Made by a program: the position numbers and the translations under genes
Source of the DNA: Nymphaea colorata
Lineage: Eukaryota
Length of the DNA stretch: 64,000 nt
Direction of reading: 5' to 3'
NCBI RefSeq assembly: GCF_008831285.2
Contig: NC_045138.2
Location: 16,740,001-16,804,000 of the forward strand
The notes under the pieces: model-generated
What the model was told of the DNA's origin: nothing
The model's database searches: none
What the model saw: only the letters and a program-made list of their open reading frames with translations
Shown: one piece after another, positions 34,694 through 48,606 of the stretch
Layout of the letters: each line of letters begins with the position of its first letter
Position numbering within the stretch: the stretch's first letter is position 1

Positions 34694-35972
34694 GGCTTTA
34701 TGAGTGGACCATTTATTTCATGATAGGTTACTTAATGCTATATGCTGGGATCATTACTTTCTTAGCCTTCTGTATAGTGTTTGTCCATGCATATTGTGCT
34801 TTTGTGATACGCTCCACACCTTACTTTACAGTTTACACTTAGTTATGTATTCCTTTTTTGGTACATAAAATTGTTAGTGCATTTTTTGTATTGCTAGCTG
34901 CTTACAAAAATTTTAAATTTTTAATGTTATTATTGTGTTTGACTTTTTTTATCAAATAAAACAAAGAAACTATTATTTTCCTTCAGAAAATGCTTGATTT
35001 GGACGGATTGCTTCGGTCTAATATTTTGCCATAAGGACATTCAGACTTGTAGAAATTGGTTTAGCTTGAAATTGTTTGAGTGCTTTGATTTCAAGCATTT
35101 CTTCATGTAGCCGTGGGCTTTGGAAAGATGAGTATATGTCTTTATGCATCTGTATTCTTTGGTCTAGTGTTTATTTCTTTTTCTAGCTTTGTATTTGTGT
35201 TTTTTTATTTTCCGTAATTTGTATAGCTTTCTTTAGCTCTTAGGATGTTCGAACAGCTAGATTCCTAGCTGTTGGTAGCTATAGCAGTGATGGGCTGCTC
35301 CTTGTGTGTGTGAGTGTATATAGATACAGGAAAGCTGAACCCTAACTCCATATTTACATGGAAATTAGGGGACACCAAATCTGATGGCTCAGATTGATTC
35401 TCTCTTTGCCTCTCTTCCTCCCTGACTGCTGGCGGCCCCATTGCCTCCACCTCCACCCACGATAGCTGAAGGGGAAGTCTCCACCTATCGTGGGTGGAGG
35501 GAAGAGGGGAGCAGCGGCGAGCTTCCCCTGCTGGCGGGTTCACGGGGGCTCTGCCGGGTCGGCGACGTAACGGGGAGAGATGCTGGACCTCCCCCTTCCT
35601 TCTGGCGGAGATCCGGCAGCCACCGATGGGGAGAAGAGCAAGATTTAAAAGAAAAAATTAAAATAAGGACCATGCATCTTTGTCTACATGGACGGTCCTG
35701 TTTTGATGTAAGATTTGAAATGGGCTTTGGAGTCACCATTCAGTCAATATACATATATATATGGAAACATGGGATTGCCGTCCCTTGTTTCATTTACTTC
35801 TTTTTGGAATATTTTTAAAACATTATTATTATTATCAGTAAAAGTTGATTTTTCATCTCTTGGCAGTGCTCTTTTGCACATTGAGTGCGGAGCAGCTCTT
35901 ATGAGCTTCGTGATTCTCCTACCTTAATCTCTTTGCAGGTTTCTTAGCTCTTTTTGAACATATAGTTAATTT

Positions 35973-36282
35973 CATAGCCACAAAAAATGTGTGTTGCTTT
36001 TCTGAAAAAAACAGTGCCAAAAACGTGTTTTACACGTTTTTTTAGTTTTTTTTCAGTTTTTTAACGTCGAACAGTTTTTTTTTTCTATTTTTTATTTGTT
36101 GCAAATCTACTTATCATTTGATGTTTGTGTTATTAGTTTCTCACTTATTTTATGTTTCCCTCATTTTTAGTTTTTTAAAATTTTAAAAAATTTACCATAT
36201 TTTCCTGTTTTTTTCAAGTTCGTCGTATTATATCCGAAAAAAACCTCCCCGTTTAAAACTCCGAGACGTTATTTGCGCCTGG
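35973..36282. mobile_element. Degenerate, inverted relative of the CATAGTCACAAA MITE at 53711
   Basis: Starts CATAGCCACAAAAA, has a T-rich body, and ends ...CCCCGTTTAAAAC...ACGTTATTTGCG, resembling the reverse complement of the 53711 left end. Confidence 0.45.
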
Positions 36283-36893
36283 AAGGTCCCTCTTCAATGT
36301 CATTAGTCAAGCGCATCAATAGCGACATAATACATGTCTGATTGCTGGTTGATAAGAAATGTGCTGCTTATTGCTTTTTAGTGATCTTTATAATTACCAT
36401 ATCTGACTATGGTTTCTTTCTGGCTTTCTAGGCCACTTGGAAGGTGATATTTTGGATCTCTCTAATCTGGCTTCAAACAAGTTGAGATCATGTCTTTTGG
36501 AGGACAGGCGTCAAACAACTGGGATCATGTCCTGGAATGTTTGTTCTCATCTACTTGATTGGTTAGCTGATTCAAGCGAGAGAATGCAAGCTTGTCATGC
36601 TCTTCTGTGATTTTGTTTGGTCTGTATTATGTTAGCTCAGTTTTAAAAGGTGAGCCCTTTGTTCAAGCTTTATGTTTATGTTAATAGCCTGTCAATATGT
36701 TGATATTTCCAATTTTGGTAAGAAAAGTTGGCAGATCTTTTCATGCTTCGAAGGGCATGTATACAGGTTTGCTGTCACATGCCTAATAGGACAAGTCACA
36801 TCATGTTCTTTCGTTTTTGTCATTAATAATGCGCAGGAAAAAGTGGACGGGTAGATTGGAATATCCTTGACAGCAATCCAAGGAATGGGCATA

Positions 36894-37133
36894 TTTGGCT
36901 CAGAGATTATGGACACTTTTGAAGACGTTGGGCTGATGGAAGGCTAGGAAAGGGGGCTGAATCATTTCAGCTGGGTTCCTCATTATTGGAATATAGTTTC
37001 CTAGTTTTTGTTTTGGCTCAGAGATATTATGGACACTCTTGAAGACGTTGGGCTGATGGAAGCTGGGAAAGGGGGCTGAATCATTTCAGCTGGGATCCCC
37101 ATGATTGTTATATAGTTTCCTAGTTTTTTGTTT
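36894..37133. repeat. ~118-bp tandem duplication
   Basis: TTTGGCTCAGAGAT...TTGAAGACGTTGGGCTGATGGAAG...GGAAAGGGGGCTGAATCATTTCAGCTGGG...TATAGTTTCCTAGTTTTTG occurs twice. Confidence 0.92.
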
Positions 37134-37995
37134 TCTGTATTAGGGATGGTCTGTGGATGGTCCTAGCATGCTTCCGTTCCTAAAAATAGTGAAGTTCTTT
37201 CCTGCTGTTGCCCAACGGTCACGTTGTATATAGTAAATGGTGTATCCTCTAGGTTTCCGACAATGTAAAGTTTACGGAATAGTTTAACCTCTTTGGTTTC
37301 CAGAAGGGAAAACTTGCTCGAGATGTTGACAAACTCACAAGTTGGACCGGAGACCTGCACTTCATATTGATTAGTTCATTTTTTCTAATGGTTCCTGAGT
37401 GACCAAATGTCTTGAGCTCTTGTATGTTCTTATATAGTTGAGGTCGTGCTAAAGCTCAGTCTGTTAGAAAGCTTGTCGGTAGGCAACTACAGTAATCAAA
37501 CCCTTTTATACCGATTGGGACCTGCCAATGTTCAGGTTGCATCTGCATTTTCAGTTGGTCTAGCCGGGAAAGAAGTGAAAATTTTGTTGTTTGTGTACTC
37601 TGAACTCGTAAAACTACTCGCCTCTGTGGCCAATTTCTTTCCCCAGTACCTCAAAGGGTGAGACATGCTCCAAGCAACGGACCGCTGATTGGCTCATCTA
37701 ACAAAAGGTAATCCTTCGATGAGCATTCACATCCCAAGCTGACGAATTAACGAACCGAAGTCTCCGCATTCACCTCATTCACAATTCTCCTGGTTTCCAT
37801 CTTCCCCCTTGCTTGTGGTTTCAAACTTTGGGTTGGTTGAGAGAATTGAGACGCTGGCAATAAGCTGAAGCTAGGTTGGCAGTAAGCCTGACGTTCAGCT
37901 GGTAGTTAGGGGTATTAACGATTCAGATGACGCACGTTTTATTATATCCGGTTTGCTGTATGTTTTAAATATTTAAATTCAAACGCATGGGAAGA

Positions 37996-38163
37996 AAGGT
38001 CAATATCATATTTCAGCTTGTAAATTTCCTGCTACAGGTGTAATTAAATTTAGTTTAAGATATAATTTAGAGTTAAGAACTGGCAACCAGCCTTACCAAG
38101 GTCAATATCATATTTCAGCTTGTAAATTTCCTGCTACAGGTGTAATTAAATTTAGTTTAAGAT
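37996..38163. repeat. Two perfect ~66-bp direct repeats separated by ~36 bp
   Basis: AAGGTCAATATCATATTTCAGCTTGTAAATTTCCTGCTACAGGTGTAATTAAATTTAGTTTAAGAT at ~37997 and 38098. Confidence 0.92.
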
Positions 38164-38839
38164 GAACTGGCCATGTTACTGCTAATAGATGCCGAATGAC
38201 AAATAATCAGGCTAATCATCTTCTCTTGTCTTAAATGAACTCATATCTGGACACCCAATTGCGGATCCATGAACAAGCCTCGAAGATGGGTATGACCGGT
38301 TGAATTGGTTGGTCGAAGCTTAGTTGCTTGCTCTTGCAGTGATGAGAGAATCATATCAATTACAAAGCAATTCTTATCTTTATTATTTCCAGAGGAATTT
38401 CAACTTGGGGTCTCATACTTTTGCTTATAACTATAAATAGAACCATCGTTTTTATTCCTTTGTAGTATAAAGTTTGTTCACAAACATCACAATCTTGGTT
38501 TTCCTTAAACTACTGTCTCTTCTTGTGCTTAAATGAGTACATGTATTCCATTGCGCTGAATTCAATTCTTTTGCTTTTCCACTCCATAATAGTCACAGAT
38601 GGATGAGTTGAAAATTTGAGGTCTGCTATTGGGATTCGTAAAACATTCTCCCTGACAGGAATAATGAAGTAAATGCTGTACTGGATCAGAAAATTTCTTC
38701 ACTAAAATTTAATTAACTAGTCATACGACGCTCGTACTCGTTAACGAGTCCACTCAGCTCGTTCATCGTTGCCATTTTGCCCTCTCTCTCTCTCTCTCTG
38801 TGGGCCGCTTCACCATTTATCGGCTGCATCCGAGTAAAC

Positions 38840-41800
38840 ATGGTATCTCTCCATCTCCCCCTCTCTGGTGTCCTCTGTTGAAGGTTTCCTGATTTGCCAT
38901 CTCTTTGTTTTTTAGCGTTAGGAAATTCTTGTTACACTTTTCCTTTTCTCTGGACGATGCTTGTGTTATTAAATCCATGCAATGGTTCATGGTCAGGAAA
39001 GTCGGGGCAGACTGTTAAGGAGGAGGGTTCTGGCTAATGGATTTCATTTTTCTTGTTGTTTTCTAGAAAAATTAGTTTGTACAAGAGGAAATATTCTATC
39101 TTCTGTAGAATTGTTGGTGACTTGGGGCATTCGATTAAGTGTGCCGAGCATTTTTCTGGAGTCAGCATTAATTTCCTAGTCGCATGTTGAATGCAAGGGT
39201 TATTCGATAAGCTATTGACGAGCTGTATGTGAGGTTTATAAACTTTCCCGATTTTGGTATTGCACACGTTTCAGTATGCCGGTTCGCTTATGCCTCTATG
39301 GAGCAAATGCAGCCAAAATTGCGTCAATAGCATGACCGATTTCTCTTCTTCCACATTTATTGGTTGATTTTGCATCACTTAAAATGAGTTACAATTATTT
39401 TGTGGGATGGGCGTTTCTATTTTGGTTCGTCTTCGTATAGGCCAAGGAAGAGAAGAAAGAAGCATTTAGGAGATATCTGGAATCTAGTGGAGTTCTTGAT
39501 GCTTTAACAAAAGGTATTTTCCTTTTCCTTTTGTGTTTATGGTTCTATGGATTCACGATAGCATGTGTAGCTGGTTTCCTAATGAGTCCTAGCTGTTGTA
39601 GTCCATTGACTGTTTGAACGTGAAACGTTTTGCAGTCCTTGTTGCTCTATATGAAGAGAATGAGAAGCCGGTCTCTGCAATCGAGTAAGTTACTATCTAT
39701 TGTGTACTTTTCTCTGTTATTGAGACTCTTAACATGATTTTTGTTTCTTAGATAAGGTTTAGATATCGTGTCACTTTTCTTTATATATTCTTGCCTCCCA
39801 GGCAGTTTCATTAACATATGGTACCTATTTGGCTACTTCAACGTTATTGGCTTGCTTAACTTTAAATGACTGAGCATGTATTTTGTCTTTCTACTCTTAG
39901 CCTTGAAAGTTCCTCATTATTATCTAGGTAGACAGCTTGCCATGATTGAACCAGCCAGTATATCCATGTAGCTATTCATTTCGTTTCTTTTGCCTGGTCA
40001 AAGTTGTCAAAGCGGAGGACAGGACCCTTAGATAGTTAGATCAGCTGATTTAGTAAACAATGTGATGGGATCAAATTGATGAGCTTTTGATGAAATGAGC
40101 ACAAAATAAAATGGTATTCAACTTCCTCCTCCTTGCAAAATGTAGTGTGCAACGGTTGACTGGAGGGATCCCTTTTTCTTCAAGTTAGCTTGTGTAAGTG
40201 GTTCCTGTTGGATTACCTGCCCAAGTTTGATCTAAACGTAAAATGTTTCTGACTACTCCAGCAGTGGCTCATAAATGAATTTTCAGTGATAGACACTGGC
40301 GCCACTTTCAACTTGAAGCTTCCATTCCTTGAGCATTTCCAATGTCTAAATCTGCCCATTGATACAAGAGTTTTCGGGAAAGGAAAGTCATTAACCTGTA
40401 TCGATGGCAATTTTTAGGGTTAACAATGAAAGGAAAAATTCAACTTGATGAGATTGTGTGCAAGTATGGAAGGTAGGTTCTCGGGGTCCAAAGCAATTTT
40501 ATGCCAATTAGGATAACTTGATTTCATCCTTCCACTGACAAACACAATCCTTTTCTTGCACACTTGTAAACAAGGTTGATCATTTTAATCAACATAGCTT
40601 TAGGTGTGTCCAAATTTTATATGCATGTTTGATTACTTAGAATCCAACTTTTATGGCCATTATTTCCTACATTGTTCTACTAAGATATAACTCCAATCAG
40701 TCGAACAATTGACACATGAACCTATGGTTAGAACTTAGAAGGCTAACTGGATGACTGATAATGCGGCCAACATGCTTTTCTATGTTATTACCAGGAATAG
40801 TCATCTCTTTTTGTCATGTATTGATTGGGCCCGTCAAGTCATCTCTTGTCTCTGGTAGGGCTGACTACTAATCTGTAATGTGTTTTTGCTATTGGTATTG
40901 AAATCCTCTTGCCATAACTTTGATATTTTCTCTGTTGATTTGTGTGGACCGTTTTCTTGATTTAATTGCAGATTCTGACTGAACAATATATATTTTTTAT
41001 AAGATTCATAATCTAGGTCTGTTATTGTATTATCAAAAATAGGTTTATTGGTTTGGTATTGCTTCTGAAGCTTTGACACAATTGCTGAAAATCCTTCACA
41101 GGTTTATCAAGCATAGTTTAGGTGGTCCAACGTTGGCAGAATATGAAAAGCTACTAGCAGAAAAAGCTGATTTGCAATTGAAATATGATAACCTTCTGAC
41201 AATGCATCAAGTCACTTGCAAGGAGGTATATTTCCAATAGATCCTATTTGTACTTATATAGTTATATACTTATATTTCTATGAGCATTAATAAGTCTGTG
41301 GAGTTCACTTTTTCATTGCTACTTACTATGCAAAAGGTAGCACAGTGATTCATTGCTGCTGCCAAATTAAATATTCACATCATTTTGATTAATACATAGA
41401 TTGTCCACTCTGCTGAGAGAAGGTCTTTGTTTGCATTCTTTTGAAAACATTTATGTAACTCCCAAGTGTACATGTTTATACTCTTTGCTAGTAAAAGCAC
41501 ATATCTGCAAGTTTTAATTATCACCTCGACTAAAACAATGGCAAATCAATTTTTTACCCTACGGTGAGAAGGTTGTAGACCAACTGAGCCAAGCATATAA
41601 ACGGAAGAATCTCTGTGCAACTAGAGATAAGAGAAATGAGACTTGGCCAATCAATATTCCTTTCTTCAGCAGAGAAACTTCCAGCTTTCTTGATTTTCCA
41701 AATGGTCATCGGAGATCCAAGCAAACCCACTTATGTAAATCCTACTTCAATCTAAAAACAGTGATAAATCATGCCTTCTTACCAGAAAACAATGTTCTAT

Positions 41801-42614
41801 ATGATTTAGAGTCTGACCAAATCGAATCGTTTTACTCTCCTCTCTCTGAATATCTGGTCTTAGTTGATACCGGAATCAGTAAAGTATTTTGTTATGTAGA
41901 TAAGATCCCAAGTGAATTTAATACTTTCTGTCTTCTTGTAGCTTGGTTAGACTACGAATCCCCTGTTTGTGTCATCATACTTGTAGAATTTGTTTATTCA
42001 ATTTTAAGATTCTCTAACAAGAAAGAGGATCTTGTTCACTGGCACTCTTTCGGGATTCTTTTTTGTTTTGTGTGTGTGTATGTGTTTGTTTTTGTGTCTA
42101 CTGTCACATTTAAATTGTTTGCAACTATTTCCAGGGTTTAATTTATTGTGCTTCAAAACTTTCTCTTGTTGAGTGCCCTCTTGTTAAAATGATTATTACT
42201 CCTATTCTAAAGAAGCATGAAATAGACATTTGCACACATAGACATTGTACCTGCATTTTCGCAGACAGAGGTGTTCTTGCAGAAACAGATGATCCAAGAT
42301 GCTGGTGTGTAGTCAGTAGTGGGTTATGATCCTGAGACTTATATTTATGGATAGATAAGAACATTTCTCTGACACAATCTTTCCATTTGTCCATGGCAAA
42401 CCAGCATCAATATATTTGTAGTATTCCTTTGCATCAATTATGATTCTCATACTTGGTACTTCTCAAACCGTGATGATAGAATTACTTCCTGATTTGTGGT
42501 ATTCATTTTGTTCTTTATCCTGTTTGTGCTTTTCTTAAAATATTACAGCTTGATGAACTTCAGAAGTCTCACAGCTTCATGAACTCTGACGGTCATTATC
42601 CACATGGCCACTAA
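38840..42614 (+). CDS. MYCBP: c-Myc-binding protein (MYCBP/AMY-1) homologue, 5 coding exons, ~104 aa
   Basis: Exons 38840-38842 (ATG only, inferred), 39441-39513, 39636-39684, 41102-41225 and 42549-42614 (315 nt). Product MAKEEKKEAFRRYLESSGVLDALTKVLVALYEENEKPVSAIEFIKHSLGGPTLAEYEKL... carries the MYCBP signature FRRYLE..GVLD.LTKVLVALYEE.EKP..A.EF. None of these exons appears in the ORF track. Confidence 0.88.
40200..40520 (+). pseudogene. Possible highly degenerate Ty3/gypsy aspartic-protease remnant
   Basis: VIDTGATFNL encoded at ~40285-40315 resembles the LIDTGATHNF retropepsin motif. Surrounding frames are broken and the boundaries are approximate. Confidence 0.35.
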
Positions 42615-43009
42615 GAGCATAAGAATCAACAATGAGGTCTGAAGGTGTGATGAGATCGGATAAGAAATTCAGAAATTACTGATTAGAATATCCATTGCGC
42701 TACAGTGATGATCCTTCCTATTCATTTTTCCCCCCTTTTTCTGTTATGTTTTTTTTTTTAATTGTGTAAATAAAGTTTCAGATGGTTGACATGTTATCTG
42801 GACCCTCCATGTTTCATGAGAGTATTTTGTAAAGATTTACTTCAGATGTAGTATTCTGTGGAATGATCTTAATCCTACCAACTCGTCAGGTGTGCAAAGC
42901 GAGCTCTTGTTGGCACGACTGAACCTCTGTTTGACATTGTTTATTGTAAGCGTCAAATCTTTGACTTTCTGCAAATAGATGGTAATCTTGCCTCTGAACA
43001 GCTCTTTCA

Positions 43010-43930
43010 AATTTGCATACGTATGTTGGTTTCATGCATGAGAGAGAGAGAGAGAGAGAGATGATTCCACGACCATGCTTGCAGTGGCTCCCCACTGTAC
43101 TACGGAGGCAAGTTTGGACGGAACCCTTGTGCTGTCATTCTTGCAATGTCTCTCCATTGGACAACATAGGCAAGTTTAGAAAGAACTTTTGTGTTGTTTC
43201 ATTCATCTAGATATCATACATGTGTACGTGTTTTATGGATGCATGAAAGAGAGCGAGAGAGATGATTCCATGACCATGCTTGCGATGTCTCCCCATACTA
43301 CATAGGCAAGTTTGGCAGATCACTGGTGTCATCTTCATCGTCTAGAGCATCACAAGACTCCCAAAATTGTTATTTTCATCTTAGAACTCTTGTGCTGTCA
43401 TTCTCGCATGGTTATTCCCTTGTACTATGTAGGCAAGTTTAGGCAGAACCCTTGTGTTGTGTTCATTCATCTAGAATATCATACATGTATTCGTGTTTTA
43501 TGCACACGTGAGAGGGAGCGAGAGAGATGATTACACGACCATGCTTGCGATGTCTCTTCATTGTACTGCGTAGGCAAGTTTGGACATAAAACTTGTGTTA
43601 TCTTCATCGTATAGAGCATCACCAGGCTCCCGAAATTTTGTTATTTTCAGCGTAGAACTTTTGTGTTGTCATTCTCACAATGTCTCCCTATTGTACTACA
43701 GCAAGTTTAGACTTTAGACAGAACCTTTGTGCTGTCTTCATCATATAGAGTACTACCATACATGTATTCATGTTTTATGCACCCATGAGAGGGCGCGACT
43801 GACCGAGGGAGATGATTTCTTGACCATGCTTGCGATGTCTCCCCATTGTAGTACATAGGCAAGTTTGGACAGCACACATGGGTCATCTTCATTTTCTAAT
43901 GCATAACCAGACAACCAAAATTGTGTTAAT
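43010..43930. repeat. Degenerate nested tandem array (200-285-bp outer period with shorter internal subrepeats)
   Basis: GAGATGATT..A(C/T)GACCATGCTTGC at ~43058, 43259, 43524 and 43809; AGGCAAGTTT(A/G)G recurring about 6-7 times. Confidence 0.8.
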
Positions 43931-46900
43931 TTTCAGCTTCTTTTTCTGATCCATCTTGGCAGATCTCATTGATGCTTGGCTTTCCGAACTTACCTTGCAA
44001 GTTCGTATAAAGCTTTCTCTGCAACAAGGTACTTGCTTTGCTTCCCCCAAGTGGGGAGCTATGCATCACGAGACAGCCATGTGAGGAACTTTTTGGATGC
44101 ATTTTTCCTAACATAGCTGTGGTTGCAAACTGATCAAGTCTAACGTGGGCCAATTTCACTCAATATGTTTGACACTGTGACCGATCCATAGGGTTCTAAC
44201 TCTCGTGTTCTATATCGTTTGTTAAGTATTAATCGAACAAATAACATTCCCTTATCTTTTTGGGTGGTTCTAATTTTAACGATCGGATATTGAATTTTAC
44301 TCTATGCTTGTTTGATTGTGTCAAAGTTCAAATCGGATGTGAATACAAATTCTTATAAATTGAAAATTGAGTTCAAGAGGAGTTGAAATAATTGGGTGTG
44401 AGGATTCTAAGGACCTCGAGGATATGTCATCTCTTGGTTTATTGGGGAACATATTTGTTCTTAAAATATAATTTACGTGTAAGACTCTTGGCCTTTCAAG
44501 GCAATCAAAAGCCCACGAAGAGTAGCGGGGGAAGTCCCATCCCCTGGCTGAAGGCTGAAGCTCATTTCCTACTCCTTGCACTCCAAAGTAGAAGGCTAAG
44601 TTTTTAGCGTTTCAGAAGTATAAGGCTGAGTTTTAGCGCTTCAAAGTGTCGCTCTAGCTATGCTTCAACTTACGCATTAGTGACCTTTTTATAGCACAAA
44701 AAGTTGATGCTCAGAGGATTCAAAATGGACACTGGCCACTCAATGACGGAATTGAATGTGATAAATTGTACAGGGAAAAAAAAATCTACAATAGAATAAT
44801 GAAATAGTAGTAGGCAAGTACAACATAGTTTCTAGCTGCATGAGAAGACAGGGTTGACTGAAAGAGGGGCATAAGATGGGTTGGTTTTAGGTTAAGGGTG
44901 TCATTGCTCACCTTTAGTCTCTAGAAGTCTCTCATTAAAAGAGGCAAGTGCCCTTCCAAGTTCAAATGTAGCTCTTCCGGTACCTCGAAAAGGCTCTGAA
45001 AGCTCATGCAGCCGTAATTGTGGCCATGTTTAGCCGCATTACGCCTCTAATGAGCTCATAGCTTAGTATGGCCATAAAGAGGCAAAGCTTCCCTGTGCCC
45101 TTTTTGCCTTTTGGTAGTGACTGGTTCAATGAATTTTGCTATGTGCAGCATCATTACGACCTTGATCTTTAGGTCTAGAGTGATAGGGCTTGACCAGGTT
45201 TTGCCTAATGGGAATCAAATTTGCATTAGAATGGGGCATTATGCACTTTTTAGTTGTTGGGATGCAGATTCTTATTTTTATGTCGAACAAGATCAGGTTG
45301 ATCAAATTTTGGGATTCTGTTGTGAATTTATCAATATGTATTTCATATCTGAATTTGGTCATTCATTGGTGTATATCTGCTTTGTTTAATCTGATTAATC
45401 AGTTTTAGATTCTGTCAGTTATCTGATCTAAACTCAAAGTCTGACATTCCAACAAAGTTGGGGCTACGTGAACATCCTGGATCATATTATTGTGTACTTC
45501 TGAAAGGATGCATAAATCTCTCTCTCTCTCTCTCTCTGAGAAGCTGATTCAACTAGTGTAATGTAAGGACCTAACGCTTAGATTGGTTGTGATCCAACTG
45601 AATCCAATTCTTGGTATAAAATCTACATCTGCTAAAATGATTTTGGTCGGTCCAAATGCAATCCAGTGGACCCAAAGTTTTCAAAACCCTAATTTTAATA
45701 GCCTTCAGATAGAGCATTGCACTTGGATTCAGCTTCCACTTGCAGGCACATGGTCCAGAACCACACCTCATGGGCAGATTTGTTCTTGTTCACGTTCATG
45801 AACGCTTCTGCTTTGGCCCTAATCAAGAGAAGCAGGTCCCACTGTGTCTGTATTCAAACGAGTCCAGCCCGGTACAGGCCCACTGGGCCCATCATTCCTA
45901 GATGGTAGTCAATGTGCGGGCTCGGCAGAGCCGAGCTCATACAGACTTTGACCAAGCCTCCCAGCTCATCAACCTTATCTAAAGAGCTCGGTAGTGCAGG
46001 TAGAACAATGTTGTAAGAAGATGGACAAAGATTAACTAAACGGAGACAAATTTGACAATCTTTTCTTAGGACGTTCGATCTGCAAAGATCTGTTTGATAG
46101 TAGAATTATGTTTTTACTTGTATCACAAGGATAAGTGGATATATAACATTACTTGTGATACAAGGACTTCTTGCAAATCCAATTACCATTTGAAGGTTGG
46201 CTGCTGGGGCTTGGAAACTATTTTGTTTCATTAATGAGTGACATTTTACATCAGATTTTATTTTAGTAGAAACTAATTCAAATTTGATAAGAAAGATACG
46301 CATAACGAGTGAATTTTGTTTAGCACAAATTCATACTTTCGATCTTAAGATGCAACGTTTACGTTTTTTGTGTTTTTCAGCATGAGAGTTTTAAGCTTTG
46401 ATTTGGATTTTGGAGGATATGAGTGCTTGACTTTTGAGAACTTGGATTTGTGAACTAATAGTGAAAATTACTTCCACAAGATTTTAGAAATGCAACCTCC
46501 AATTTATCTTGCTCACATGGGGGAATCAACCTAACAGTATGCATTATAGAGAGAACATATTCAATATTTGGCAATCATACATGTGCACGCACACACACAC
46601 ACACACACATGTATATACAAAGCCTCAATAGAAGATGAAGTTCGATATGCATTCGAAAAACATTCTTTTATTGTGTCAAAATATAAGCTTTTAAGGCATG
46701 AGAATGACATTCACATAGAAATTGTGAAAAAAAATGAAAATTGATATTGTACGCTAAGAGCTCATTTGGCAAATAGAACAATTTGTAACAGGTCCACTAA
46801 TTTACACTGAAAGTTAGGACAAAATCATAAAACACTTTTTAAGGTATTCTATGAATGTGCCCTAATCTTTGACCATATTCATCTAACAGTTACATTCTAC

Positions 46901-48606
46901 TTTGTTTTCCAAACATACCCTAAATGGAGCACATCTTTGGTTTTTTGACATACAAATCTGTCTTTTTCTTTTCTGTAAGACTAACTCTGTAAATGTGATC
47001 TCCATGTTGAAAGCCAAGAGAACCCACAAAGCGATCTTGTTTCCCCAATGAAAGTTGGGGATTTTGGAGTCGATGACACTTCATTATATTGATTCTTGAG
47101 GCCTTACAATAAGTAATATAGATATTATGAGAACCTAATCCCTATGCTGATTTACAGGTTTTAAGACATGGAGATCAGGTCAGCTTTGTGGAAAATATGA
47201 TCATTAATGTGAGTAGCAATAAAGACGTATAACCATTTGGGCGTCTAACATTTTTATATGCAAAAAACGTCTTTGTTGTACGCCGAATGTAACATGCCTT
47301 AATTGTTTCCCATAAATATTATATGTATCTTTTTGCGAAATTGACGGCAAAGATGTAGTCCGCATTTCCAGAAAACAAATGAAGCAGCAGAGAGCTCATG
47401 TTTTTATATCAATGTATATGTAAGATTTTGGAGATCTAAAAATTTGATAATTGGTTTGTGAGATGTATTAAATTATAATGAAACATACAGAAAAGTGTCT
47501 ATACATGGGTTTCTAGGGCTTAAGGCCTGGATATCATATTCATTCAGTTTTTGATAGTATGATCCCTGATGTGAAAAACAGCTATGGGGCGTTACATTTT
47601 TAGTAATATAATATCTTTCCATATTAACGTGTGAGGTTAACTGATTTTCACATATAAGAGTACTTTTTATCTTCCCTCTCCAAAACTAACCACAGAAGTA
47701 TGATGCCTATCCTAGAAAACTTGAGAAACAACCTAAAACTATATTTCCATGCATAAATAGTTTTTTTGTAGGAAACGAGACACATTTTTTTTAATCCTAG
47801 TCCTATCTACTGTGACAAAAAATGAGTGGGAATCGTTGGTTGGACATTATATATATATATATAGAGAGTTTAGGAGAGTAGGGAACCGTTCTTCGAATTG
47901 GACCTACCATATTGTTTATGGGAGATGAGTCATTCTAAGTTCTTAAGTGCATTCAGAAACCCTAATTAAAATATCTTTGGTGCCGAAAGAGTATTCCTCG
48001 AATAAGTATCCATTATAAAGATAAAGACTATTTATGTTTATATACTACTTCCTATATAACGACACTTGATTTATTACATTAATCACATTATGCCATGGAA
48101 TTGACTGCTGAAATCACAGATAAAAGTGGTATTTTTGACGTGAAAATAATGATACCATAGAAGGACCCGTTTTATTTCAATAAATGGCCATTTAAGAGAG
48201 AGAGAGAGAGAGAGAGAGACATAAAAGAGGGGGAGGCAGCCAAGCCTCCATATCTGTACCGCTTCGCTCTTCCACCTCCGCGTCTCTCTGTAGCCACCAT
48301 CTCGAGTAAGCAGAATCCATCTTCGAGGTGGGTTGTTCTGTCTTCCACTAGAGTTATGTAACCCCCATCTGTCCTTGTGCTTATTTATCTCTTCCAATTT
48401 GGGTGGGGTCAAACTCAGCTTTTCTTTTTGGGCTTTTTCTGTGCTTTGATTGTTTGGGTCGCATGAATTGTATGATGGGGAGACCGGGATTTTTTGGGGT
48501 GTTAGATTTCAATGATTACTCAATTGGGTTCTTCCAGAATTGGCGTTCTGATGTCGGTTTCGTGGTTTTTTTATTGTGAAGTAAGGGGTTTTGGGGATCG
48601 AGAACG

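Noticed and set aside
36894..37133. Duplicated unit with TGATGG/CTGA motifs as possible tandem C/D snoRNAs
   Set aside because: No canonical RTGATGA box, terminal stem or recognisable rRNA complementarity.
37996..38163. Repeat-spacer-repeat superficially like a CRISPR array
   Set aside because: Only two 66-bp repeats, eukaryotic context, no cas genes.
44930..45115. AGAGGCAA...TTTGCCT local fold-back as a possible miRNA precursor
   Set aside because: Stem short and imperfect; no match to conserved plant miRNAs that I can recall.
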